Virus record (IMG/VR): IMGVR_UViG_3300008952_002242
Span: 111,242-131,241 of that record
Length of the DNA stretch: 20,000 nt
Source of the DNA: an uncultured virus (IMG/VR IMGVR_UViG_3300008952_002242)
Taxonomy: Duplodnaviria > Heunggongvirae > Uroviricota > Caudoviricetes
Reading direction: 5' to 3' (one strand)
A program made the translations under genes and the position numbers. A model generated the notes under the pieces. It worked only from the letters and a program-made list of their open reading frames with translations, ran no database searches and was not told the origin of the DNA. This document shows positions 1 through 8,541 of the stretch, piece after piece (the first letter of the stretch is position 1; each line of letters starts with the position of its first letter).

Positions 1-2205
1 TCTATAAGATGACATATTAGCCTTCTCGGCCAGTGCCAAAGAATACTCAGAAGGAGAATTAGCAATAAGTACTATCTTATCTTCTTCAAATATTTCTTTT
101 GCAGTACTATATGCATTTTTTTCTTTATCATCTACCTCTCCATCTCCATCCTTATCCTTTAATATTCTTTCAACTTCTTTATTATATGCTTCTAAGGCGC
201 CCCCTATCTTTTTATTATATATATCCGTTGCTTTCGCCCCATCAACTGATTTTGTTTTACCGGTAAAATCAGTCAGATCAACATCTATAACTTGATATTC
301 CTTTATAGTAGGATCTGGATTTCCCATATCGGGTAAACTCTTAAAATATATTTTCTTTCCCTGACTTTTATCATCTAATAGTTTAAGCAAACTTAATTTC
401 TTATAAGCACTCTCCTTAAAAAAAACTTTATCATAAGACATATTACTTATTGCTATCATACTAGCCATACCTGCCTTTGGGGTTTGAAATTTTATATCAG
501 CACTCTTTACAAATCCATTTCCACTAGTTAAATCAAATACAAGTTCTACTGGTTCTTTAATTGATTGATTTATATCATAAAAACCTATTTGTGACTGAAT
601 ATCCACTAACCTCACTTCGGATGCATCTCCTGATGTATTCTGCTTTGTAATTAATTCTTTTTTAGGGCTAGCCATTTTTATTTTCCATGCTCCCTTTGAT
701 TCTTCACTTATTTTATCCCAAATATATTCCAATGCATCATTTACATTTTGTTTTTTCTGAAAAGCTTCACTTATCAAAGCTGTCTTTATAAACAATTCTC
801 TAAGTGGCATCAACCCATTATTGAAATCGTTAGCATAAATTTTTTCTTGTTCTTCTTTTGTTAGATGTTTCGAATTATAAGATTTTGTCCAATCTTTTGG
901 CATCATAAATACATGTAATCCCTCGTTTTTAAATTTTGGTTGCCTTTGTATTTCATATAAATTTTCATTCCATTGTATTTTAGATTTTCTAGAATCAAAA
1001 CCATAAGTTAATGATTCACCATCGGATTTTGATGTCACACCCTCTTCATCATCCACCGTCCAAACACTTTTAACAAAATTATTTAAAAAAACATCTTCAA
1101 ATAAACCATATGAAACATATAAAGCCTCTGCCTCTGCACCTACTTCATTTTCTACATTAGATGAATAATCGAACCACAAATACGCATTTTCATCTGTTAC
1201 ATCTGCATAATAAATACCTCTTATTAAATCATTTGCAGTTAACTTTCCCCATTGTTGTTCCCTTGCCACAATTAAAGTATCAAAAAACTTTTTATTAGCT
1301 TCTTTCAAATTAGGATGAGAAAATGGATTTTGAGTAAGATTATGAAATTCCATTAATGGATTTTCTTCCTCAAATCCAGCCCTTGTAGTTAAAATCCTAA
1401 TTAAAACCTGATCAATCATATTAGCAAAAATAAATTTTAAAGAATTTTCTTCTGAAATCTCAGCATCTAATAATGAATAATTTCTAGAGACTATTTCTAC
1501 TGTACATTTAAAACTTCCTAACTCCGTTATACTAGCATCATACTTCCTAACAATCCCAATAACAACTTCTAAGTCACCCAAATTATCTCTAACTTTCTGT
1601 TGAATCTTCATATCAAAAGATTCCATTGTCATATTATCTTTTATTATTGCTTGTGGATCATATAATTTAAAATTACCAGAACTCCACCCAAAATCAACAC
1701 AAATCAAAGCCCCAGGCCTCAAAAAGAAAGGCAAAAATATTGTTTCAAAATCTCTCTTATTATGAACCTCAAATTCAACACTAGTTGTTCTTAATGCACC
1801 CAATGCCCCTTCAGATTTTGAAGAAATAGAAGTTATTCCAGAAGTAGGTTTAAAATATGGATTTTTTTCATTTTGTACTCTGTAACTACCGTTTACTGAT
1901 TCAGATGGTGATGGTGTTTCTTTATAAGAAAAATTCCTATTTTCATTTACCGAATGAAAAACCTTAACAGTATCGGAACCAGTTATATGAGAACCTGATG
2001 GAACCATAGCAGTTGCTGTCCACATTCTAGCAAATGGCGTTTTTCCACCAAGATAATCATCAAATACTGGATCTCTAGAAGATAAAAAATCTTTATCTTT
2101 TTTCGTAGAAAAAGATCCAGTTTGTTTTTGTAATAAATTTAACTTTTTTAAAATACTAGGAGATGGATTTCCTCCAAATATTCTTTTCTCTACATTTTCG
2201 GACAT
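1..2205 (-). CDS. Putative baseplate hub-like protein, 3' end truncated by window edge (>=735 aa)
   Basis: Not in the ORF track. ATG at 2205-2203, 1 nt past the LysM gene stop, gives MSENVEKRIFGGNPSPSIF... The stretches I translated have no stop, including positions 1-180. Contains KPTSGITSISSKSEGALGALRTTSVEFEVHN...FFLRPGALICVDFGWS. Position after the tube-initiator-like and LysM genes fits a hub (gp27-like); function is inferred. Confidence 0.6.
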   Translation of the reverse strand, partial: MSENVEKRIFGGNPSPSILKKLNLLQKQTGSFSTKKDKDFLSSRDPVFDDYLGGKTPFARMWTATAMVPSGSHITGSDTVKVFHSVNENRNFSYKETPSPSESVNGSYRVQNEKNPYFKPTSGITSISSKSEGALGALRTTSVEFEVHNKRDFETIFLPFFLRPGALICVDFGWSSGNFKLYDPQAIIKDNMTMESFDMKIQQKVRDNLGDLEVVIGIVRKYDASITELGSFKCTVEIVSRNYSLLDAEISEENSLKFIFANMIDQVLIRILTTRAGFEEENPLMEFHNLTQNPFSHPNLKEANKKFFDTLIVAREQQWGKLTANDLIRGIYYADVTDENAYLWFDYSSNVENEVGAEAEALYVSYGLFEDVFLNNFVKSVWTVDDEEGVTSKSDGESLTYGFDSRKSKIQWNENLYEIQRQPKFKNEGLHVFMMPKDWTKSYNSKHLTKEEQEKIYANDFNNGLMPLRELFIKTALISEAFQKKQNVNDALEYIWDKISEESKGAWKIKMASPKKELITKQNTSGDASEVRLVDIQSQIGFYDINQSIKEPVELVFDLTSGNGFVKSADIKFQTPKAGMASMIAISNMSYDKVFFKESAYKKLSLLKLLDDKSQGKKIYFKSLPDMGNPDPTIKEYQVIDVDLTDFTGKTKSVDGAKATDIYNKKIGGALEAYNKEVERILKDKDGDGEVDDKEKNAYSTAKEIFEEDKIVLIANSPSEYSLALAEKANMSSYR

Positions 2206-2206
2206 T

Positions 2207-2488
2207 TTACTTCAATTTTGCTTGTTCTGTAGATATAGGTATTCTTAATTGTGTTCCAGCTTCTATGTTATTACCTTTTAAATTATTAACAGTTGCAATA
2301 AACCACCACAAAGAAGAATCCTCATAATATTGTTGTGCTAACATATCACATCTATCTCCTTGAGTAGCTATTAATAATAAATCCGAATTATCTTCTTCTA
2401 CTTCTGGCAAATAAGATGTAGTTAACGCTAAACCTACGCGTTTTTCATCTTTTATTTTTATTCTATGTGTTTGCTCGTGTCGTTCCAC
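2207..2488 (-). CDS. LysM-like baseplate protein (T4 gp53 / P2 gpX-like)
   Basis: ATQGDRCDMLAQQYYEDSSLWWFIATVNNL...IEAGTQLRIP matches the LysM/tail-X pattern; expected position downstream of tape measure and tube initiator. Confidence 0.8.
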   Translation of the reverse strand: MERHEQTHRIKIKDEKRVGLALTTSYLPEVEEDNSDLLLIATQGDRCDMLAQQYYEDSSLWWFIATVNNLKGNNIEAGTQLRIPISTEQAKLK

Positions 2489-4574
2489 TAAATATACCTA
2501 ATTTTTTATCACCATAGAACTTATCCCTATTAAGTCCTGGCGGTTTTTGATTCAATATCTGATAACTAATAGACACATCAATTAATTTAGCTAAATTAGT
2601 ATCAGCATCCCAATCACCTGCTTCACTAACTGTATAGGTTAATGTTTTTATAAATCCAAATTGACCTTTGTTTCTACTTCCAATGTGTGCTACATGCAGT
2701 TCTGTAAATGGAGCTTTCATTCTAATCATAGCTTTATTATTATCTTCTGCCATATATTCAGGATAAGCCAAACTAGTCAAATATTCTATTTTTTCATACA
2801 TAGCAAGCAACTCATCTTTATTATTAGGATATAACCTCAAATTAAAACTTAAATCTCTTTCGGCTCTTTCATAAAGATATACAGGCTCACTTCTACCAAT
2901 GTAATTAGTTGATGTGAATGTTGGATTAACATTTTCTGTCAAACCAGTCACATAACCTCTAAAGTAAAGTAATTTATTATTTCGTAAATCTTTAATCTTT
3001 ACATAAAAATCATTACTAGCAATATCAAGCTCTTCTCTACCAGTTGGTTTCTGTGAAGCTATTTTATCATTTGAAATTAAGTCGATTTCCTTATTTAACC
3101 ATTTAGGTTTCACTTCCGCAGTATTTGCTACTAATTTTAAGAATGGCAATGCTGGATTTTGAGTAACCGCATCTTTAACAGCAGTAAAATTTTTACGATT
3201 CGTAATAGCTTCTTTTACCGTTACAGGTTGCCTCTTTGGTAGATTAAATTTTCTAACCTTCTTACCAGCAAGAGGATTTAATTCATCTATAAGATTAGTA
3301 AATACACCCAATTGATAAACTTTAGAAAGATCCTCAAATCCAGATTTAACCAAATTACTATACTGAAATGCTATAGTTCCAGGTCTTCTTATACTACCAC
3401 CACCTAAACCTTGAAATGATGAATTAAGAAAATTTAAAAATCCAGTATTACCCCAACCAGGCATTGGAAATGGTGGTAAATGTATATTAGTAGCCAATAA
3501 ACGAACATTAGATGTATTTACTAAACTTCCAAGCAGATCAGCAAATGTATCACGAATATATTTTTGAATAACAGCTATTGGTTGACTCCAATCAATCTTT
3601 CCTGGATAACCATCCCAAATTTTTGTTGGTGATATAGTGAACATAGATGAAAACATAGCACCTGTAACATTTTCTTTTACCATAAAGGAAGTGCCGATAG
3701 GTGTATCGAAATAAAACTTAGATAATCTTGACCAATCTTCTTTTGACTGATTAAATGGTAATAAATCTCTATTATCTCCTGATCTTATTGTTCCTTGTTC
3801 TACCGAACCTATATCGTTAACAACATAAGGTTCATTTCCTCTCACACCATCTGGAGTACTTCTTATATCCATATTACTCCACGCTTGACCTATACTCCAC
3901 GCCATAGTATTTATAGTAACCTTTTTACCATCCCCAGTTGTTCTGCCAGTATCTATTAATATTCTATCAGTTTTTGCTGTTTGATTTCTATTATAAAGAG
4001 TATCGAAAACAAAATCACCTTCACCCAATCGGTTGTTCTTTCCTAACTCAGTACTTACTTCTACTTTCCTAATATCAGGATCAATCATCTTCCCAGAATG
4101 TTCGCCATAAAGTTTTAAATCTGTTTCTCCGAATATATTAGGTTTATGTCTAACATCAATACTTCTTCTAGCCAAAGTAGTAAATTCACCATCTAATACA
4201 TCTCTAGCTATTGGACTATCTATTTGCCCCTTTCCAATCTCATTTATTAGAATTAACTTATCATGTTTACCTTTACTACCAAATGTATGTTCATCATCTT
4301 TTATTAAAGATTGATGTGTTGTTAATTGAATAGATTTATTAGCAAAAACCGAATCCATTATTGGATTTGGAGAAAATCTTCCAAAACTATTAACATCCCC
4401 ATGATAATCACCCACCAATGTATTTGCCGATGTTACCCTTTCCATATAATTTTTACTTATATCTCTATAGCCAGATTGATTTCCTATATCAGGACTTACA
4501 AGTGGTTCATTATCAGCTAAAGCATTTTTGCTTAAGTCACTAAATACTGATGTTAAATTTTCTAATCCTGGCAT
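2463..4574 (-). CDS. Putative baseplate/tail tube initiator protein with long N-terminal region
   Basis: C-terminal ~170 aa (LYFRGYVTGLTENVNPTFTSTNYIGRSEPVYLYERAERDLSFNLRLYP...GFIKTLTYTV...W) resembles tube-like gp48/gp54/gpU domains. TAATG stop-start overlap with the tape measure gene. Confidence 0.6.
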   Translation of the reverse strand: MPGLENLTSVFSDLSKNALADNEPLVSPDIGNQSGYRDISKNYMERVTSANTLVGDYHGDVNSFGRFSPNPIMDSVFANKSIQLTTHQSLIKDDEHTFGSKGKHDKLILINEIGKGQIDSPIARDVLDGEFTTLARRSIDVRHKPNIFGETDLKLYGEHSGKMIDPDIRKVEVSTELGKNNRLGEGDFVFDTLYNRNQTAKTDRILIDTGRTTGDGKKVTINTMAWSIGQAWSNMDIRSTPDGVRGNEPYVVNDIGSVEQGTIRSGDNRDLLPFNQSKEDWSRLSKFYFDTPIGTSFMVKENVTGAMFSSMFTISPTKIWDGYPGKIDWSQPIAVIQKYIRDTFADLLGSLVNTSNVRLLATNIHLPPFPMPGWGNTGFLNFLNSSFQGLGGGSIRRPGTIAFQYSNLVKSGFEDLSKVYQLGVFTNLIDELNPLAGKKVRKFNLPKRQPVTVKEAITNRKNFTAVKDAVTQNPALPFLKLVANTAEVKPKWLNKEIDLISNDKIASQKPTGREELDIASNDFYVKIKDLRNNKLLYFRGYVTGLTENVNPTFTSTNYIGRSEPVYLYERAERDLSFNLRLYPNNKDELLAMYEKIEYLTSLAYPEYMAEDNNKAMIRMKAPFTELHVAHIGSRNKGQFGFIKTLTYTVSEAGDWDADTNLAKLIDVSISYQILNQKPPGLNRDKFYGDKKLGIFSGTTRANT

Positions 4575-6814
4575 TATACTAAATTCCTCGGTGTACCATG
4601 TGCAAGTTTATTAGTTATAGATATTTGTGTATTGTCATGTGATATTTCATTTTTAAGTTCAAAGGCTCCAGCAAATTTAAGCAAACTATTGTCAAAAACG
4701 TCAGCAAATTCGGATTTTGTTAATCCAAATGACTTTTGCATAGCACTCTCTCTTCCAAAGTTTGGAGCTAAAGTTGGTTCAACATTATCATCTGCAATAC
4801 TTAATAATGATTTTTCTTTCATAATAATTTCAGGATCTGCTGAACCACCTTCTATATCAACATTAGCAGTTGGGGAAACTGCTTGAGCATAAGATGTCTC
4901 ACCCAAGTTATGAAAAGATTTTGCCTTCGCTGCTTGTGCTGCCATCATACCACCAAAACCGATTATAGCAGGGATCCAGAGTGCTGGATGTTTGAGTGCA
5001 GCAATTAGTGATCCTACTCCTTTCACATAAGCCTCTGTAAAAGCGGCTTTAGCAGCTATGATTAACTTTCCAGCCAAAAATCCGAGAGCAGCACCCACCA
5101 TTGGTAACAACCAACCCATTTCATCTAAAGCACCCACTAAATCATTAAACACACCAAATACTGATGTCACTATTGGAATAATACTATTTAAAATAGGACC
5201 AAATGTATTTGTAAGTTCAACACCAAGTGATTTTATTTGACCAGTCAAAACGGCTAAATTAGAAAGTCCTTCCTCTCCTAATAAATCTCCAAAACTATTT
5301 GTAGCTAAAGCACCAGCTAATGTCAACTTCTCTGTTTGATCAACCATCTTAGCTAACTCTGCGGAACTAACTCCAATAGACTTAGCCAATGCTTCTCTTT
5401 GTATTAAATTTAAATTATTAAATTCTTCCTCTGAACCCAATTGGCTTACTATTTCTCTAGTAGCACCAGCAATATCATTACTAAGTGCCAATTCCCTAGC
5501 TTTTTGATAATTTAATTCCCTACCCAACAATACCGAAGCTTCCACTTCAGCAGCTACAGAACTTTCGAAATCCAATAAACCTTCAGCAATTTTTGCAGCA
5601 GTATCTAATGATAATCCCATCCTTCTAGCCTGCACAGCAGCTTCAGCAATATTATTACCACCATCCTTTGTAAACTTAGCAATAGCTTCGGTAGAACCAG
5701 CTATATCTTGCATTACAACAGATGGAGCAACTCCACTTTGTCTAGCTAATTGAAAAGTACTCTCTGCCAAATATTCTGCTTCATCTGAAGTGAGATTACT
5801 AAGTTGCATGAAATTACCGATTAACTTTGCAGCCTCATCAGTTGATAAGCCGATTGCTTTACTTGTATCAAATATTGTAGCAGATAATTTGGAAGCCTCA
5901 TGCAAAGTAACTCCAAAATCTGAAGCCAATGTACTTGTTATAGAAGCAACATCCTCTATACTACCACCAATTTTACTTACTTCTACTTGCGATTCTAATA
6001 AATTATCTTTAAAATTATCACTATATCCAACTAAACTACCAAATTTCTTTCCAATTTCATCTACTGTACCACTAAAAGAAATAAGCATTGCAATTATTGG
6101 TGCAAAACCTAAAGTTGCTAGCCCTAATGCTTTATTGAAGGCCAACATCTTCTCCGTCACTTCGCTTTGAGCAAGTGCTTCCTTTTCAACCGCTTCAAGC
6201 AGATCAAAATGTGCCTGACCAAGACCTTCAATCTTTCTTCCGTTCTCATCTTCAATTTCATTAATTTGAGCCTGAATATCCGCTTTTTGATACAAACCAT
6301 CATTCACACCCTTCAACAATTCCCTCAGCTTTAATTGTTGTACACCACTCAATTGATCAAAACCTGCCATTTCTTTTCGACCAGCCTGTAAATCGTCATG
6401 CAAATCAACTCTTTCTTTGGTGGCTTGTAATACCTTTCTTCCAGTAAGTAAAGCTAATGATTCAGCAACATTTCCTTTTACTAATTGAGCTGCTATATCA
6501 CCTAATGATGTTTGTTGTTTTTTCAGTAAATTTGTTCGAGCTTTATCTGCCCCAGCAATAAGTTTAGCAGTTTTAAATTGTTGAACTAATGATAACCCTA
6601 TATCATCAGATGTAGCCGCCTGCTTTTCTTTTACACTAGCAATATAATCTTCTAAATCTGCTTCTCTTTTCTTTAATTTAACTAATTCCTTTGAAGCCTC
6701 TACACCCAATTTACCTTGATTATTATAGCGTGCTTGATTTTCTGTAATTTTTAACTGATCGTCTTGAATCTCTCTAAGTAATTTTTTTAATTCTTTTTGT
6801 GATTCATTAGCCAT
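4574..6814 (-). CDS. Tail tape measure protein
   Basis: 746 aa, Ala/Leu/Glu-rich and helical, with hydrophobic Gly/Ala segments (LGLATLGFAPIIAMLISF, WLLPMVGAALGFLAGKLIIAA). Directly follows tail tube and chaperone genes. Confidence 0.85.
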   Translation of the reverse strand: MANESQKELKKLLREIQDDQLKITENQARYNNQGKLGVEASKELVKLKKREADLEDYIASVKEKQAATSDDIGLSLVQQFKTAKLIAGADKARTNLLKKQQTSLGDIAAQLVKGNVAESLALLTGRKVLQATKERVDLHDDLQAGRKEMAGFDQLSGVQQLKLRELLKGVNDGLYQKADIQAQINEIEDENGRKIEGLGQAHFDLLEAVEKEALAQSEVTEKMLAFNKALGLATLGFAPIIAMLISFSGTVDEIGKKFGSLVGYSDNFKDNLLESQVEVSKIGGSIEDVASITSTLASDFGVTLHEASKLSATIFDTSKAIGLSTDEAAKLIGNFMQLSNLTSDEAEYLAESTFQLARQSGVAPSVVMQDIAGSTEAIAKFTKDGGNNIAEAAVQARRMGLSLDTAAKIAEGLLDFESSVAAEVEASVLLGRELNYQKARELALSNDIAGATREIVSQLGSEEEFNNLNLIQREALAKSIGVSSAELAKMVDQTEKLTLAGALATNSFGDLLGEEGLSNLAVLTGQIKSLGVELTNTFGPILNSIIPIVTSVFGVFNDLVGALDEMGWLLPMVGAALGFLAGKLIIAAKAAFTEAYVKGVGSLIAALKHPALWIPAIIGFGGMMAAQAAKAKSFHNLGETSYAQAVSPTANVDIEGGSADPEIIMKEKSLLSIADDNVEPTLAPNFGRESAMQKSFGLTKSEFADVFDNSLLKFAGAFELKNEISHDNTQISITNKLAHGTPRNLV

Positions 6815-6837
6815 TAATTTGATTCCTTAATATATTA

Positions 6838-6845
6838 ATAAATAT
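6838..6845 (-). promoter_or_regulatory. Putative late promoter motif ATATTTAT upstream of tape measure gene
   Basis: Same 8-mer found in five intergenic gaps upstream of structural genes; 23 nt before the ATG, followed by AAGGA. Confidence 0.6.
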
Positions 6846-6855
6846 TCAAAAAGGA

Positions 6856-7089
6856 TTATTTCTTTGGATTGAATCGCCGTGGAATAGTAGGTTGTTCTTT
6901 TTGATTAGATTTTTTTATTTCATCATTCTGTTTTTTAACAAATTCAGTATGTTCTTTGAAATAAAAATTTCTCAAATGGACTGGCATACTATATAAATCA
7001 TTATATGTAAAGCCAGGATTGGAATGTATAAAGTAAAAAAGGTTTTTATGTAAATTTAATTTATCGGATGGACTTTGGCCAAAAAAACT
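6856..7089 (-). CDS. Frameshift extension of tail assembly chaperone (gpT-like segment)
   Basis: 77-codon open frame SFFGQSPSDKLNLHKNLFYFIHSNPGFTYNDLYSMPVHLRNFYFKEHTEFVKKQNDEIKKSNQKEQPTIPRRFNPKK* in the +1 frame of the upstream gene. It opens just after a TAG, at the T7 run (7081-7087), and fills the gap to the tape measure gene. Confidence 0.7.
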   Translation of the reverse strand, partial: SFFGQSPSDKLNLHKNLFYFIHSNPGFTYNDLYSMPVHLRNFYFKEHTEFVKKQNDEIKKSNQKEQPTIPRRFNPKK

Positions 7090-7813
7090 CTACAGTCAGC
7101 GGAATTGACACGCTAACTGTTTGACCTCCCATTTCGACTTCCGATGTCAAATCAATATCGGGTGATATATCACTAATATAATTTCTAAATGCGGCCGAAT
7201 CTCTAGCCAACATATTCTGTGAAAATTCATTAATAGTTTCTTGTTTTGAATCTCCATCAACTTCTGTAATTGTATATCTTAATCTAGTAGATATATCTGT
7301 GCTATATCCAACTTTTTTAGATTGTTCTAAATCTTTTAAAATCATGCCCTCTTCTTTACCAGTCAACAATCTAAATTTAATATCTGTTTTTCCTACTGGT
7401 GTAGTATATTCAAATGAATTATTTGAATAATCAACATTTTCAGATAATTCTTTAAATGGACATTTAGATAAATCAAATGTATATTCTATTTTTTCATCAA
7501 CATCATTTGGATTTCCTATTTCTACTATATATTCTGGTCCATAAGCCAATATACGGGCTGCAACCAATACAGCATTCTTATCACCCAAAACTAAATCTTT
7601 TTGACTAACTCCTTTAGTAACAATTAAACTATCTAATAACTTATCAATAACTACACCCTTCTTAATGAGATTTTCAGACATCAATATGTCTTCTTCTCGT
7701 GTGGTCATATATTTTAATTCCAATTTTCCATTGGCTACTGGTGAGTCTTTTGAATACACCTTGCCTTGTGATGGTAAATCTATTATTTCAGTAGGAAATT
7801 TATTCTCTGTCAT
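7061..7813 (-). CDS. Tail assembly chaperone (T4 gp26-like / gpG-like)
   Basis: FPTEIIDLPSQGKVY...LKYMTTREEDIL...LVLGDKNAVLVAARILAYG and terminal FFWP resemble the gp26 family; lies between tail tube and tape measure; upstream GAGG. Confidence 0.75.
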   Translation of the reverse strand: MTENKFPTEIIDLPSQGKVYSKDSPVANGKLELKYMTTREEDILMSENLIKKGVVIDKLLDSLIVTKGVSQKDLVLGDKNAVLVAARILAYGPEYIVEIGNPNDVDEKIEYTFDLSKCPFKELSENVDYSNNSFEYTTPVGKTDIKFRLLTGKEEGMILKDLEQSKKVGYSTDISTRLRYTITEVDGDSKQETINEFSQNMLARDSAAFRNYISDISPDIDLTSEVEMGGQTVSVSIPLTVEFFWPKSIR

Positions 7814-7842
7814 AACCTTTAACCTCTTGTTTACTTAATAAA

Positions 7843-8007
7843 CTATTTCTTTTTCGATACCATTGAGACAACAGCCTGCCAAATTGGTGTAATTATAGTA
7901 TCAAAGATAATATCATCTTGCTTTGAAGGCGATAATTTAACAATCTTTTCTAACGTATAAAAACCAAGCAGACACCATTCCCAATTTTCTGATAGCCATT
8001 CAACCAT
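7843..8007 (-). CDS. Small putative membrane protein (54 aa), possibly holin-like
   Basis: Below the ORF-track cutoff. ATG directly follows the tail tube TAA. MVEWLSENWEWCLLGFYTLEKIVKLSPSKQDDIIFDTIITPIWQAVVSMVSKKK*, Trp-rich amphipathic segments and a basic tail; fills the gap exactly. Confidence 0.65.
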   Translation of the reverse strand: MVEWLSENWEWCLLGFYTLEKIVKLSPSKQDDIIFDTIITPIWQAVVSMVSKKK

Positions 8008-8499
8008 TTAGAATTCCAGTATTGCGTAATCATAACGCAGTGTTAGTGTAATTTCAACTGCTTCAGATGCGGAAAAGTCTAAATCCCCAAATGTAGCATC
8101 TTGAATCCAAGAACCATAAAGTGTCCATTTCTCTACAATGTCACCAACAGGTCCTAATACTTGCATTGTAATATTCTTCTTATAAAAATCTTGATATCCA
8201 TCACGACCAGTAGCAGATTCATGATGTAATCTAACCCATTCAATTACTGCAGCAGAAGCCGATGGAACAATTGGATCATACATCGTAATCTGTAGAGTTT
8301 GCCAACGACCTTTACCTTTAACATACTTAGTAATATTCATGTGTTCCAAAGGTACTTCGTCAAAAGTAATCTGAGGTCTTTGAGTCGTTTTTACCATAAA
8401 AGCGGGGATTCCACCTATTTCCATGATAAACCGATTTTTTAGCTTCGGTTCATATGGTGTGTAAAATACTTTACTCGCTTCTAATAATGTGTTAGCCAC
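8008..8499 (-). CDS. Tail tube protein (T4 gp19-like)
   Basis: 163 aa, YEPKLKNRF...YVKGKGRWQTLQITMYD...WVR...YKKNITMQVLGPVGDIVEKWTLYG...LDF; follows sheath; GTG start with GGAGA SD at 8506-8510. Confidence 0.9.
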   Translation of the reverse strand: MANTLLEASKVFYTPYEPKLKNRFIMEIGGIPAFMVKTTQRPQITFDEVPLEHMNITKYVKGKGRWQTLQITMYDPIVPSASAAVIEWVRLHHESATGRDGYQDFYKKNITMQVLGPVGDIVEKWTLYGSWIQDATFGDLDFSASEAVEITLTLRYDYAILEF

Positions 8500-8518
8500 T
8501 TAATTTCTCCATATAATA

Positions 8519-8526
8519 ATAAATAT
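8519..8526 (-). promoter_or_regulatory. Putative late promoter motif ATATTTAT upstream of tail tube
   Basis: Recurrent 8-mer, 19 nt upstream of the start, in a 42-nt intergenic gap. Confidence 0.6.
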
Positions 8527-8541
8527 CAAATTTCTAATTTT

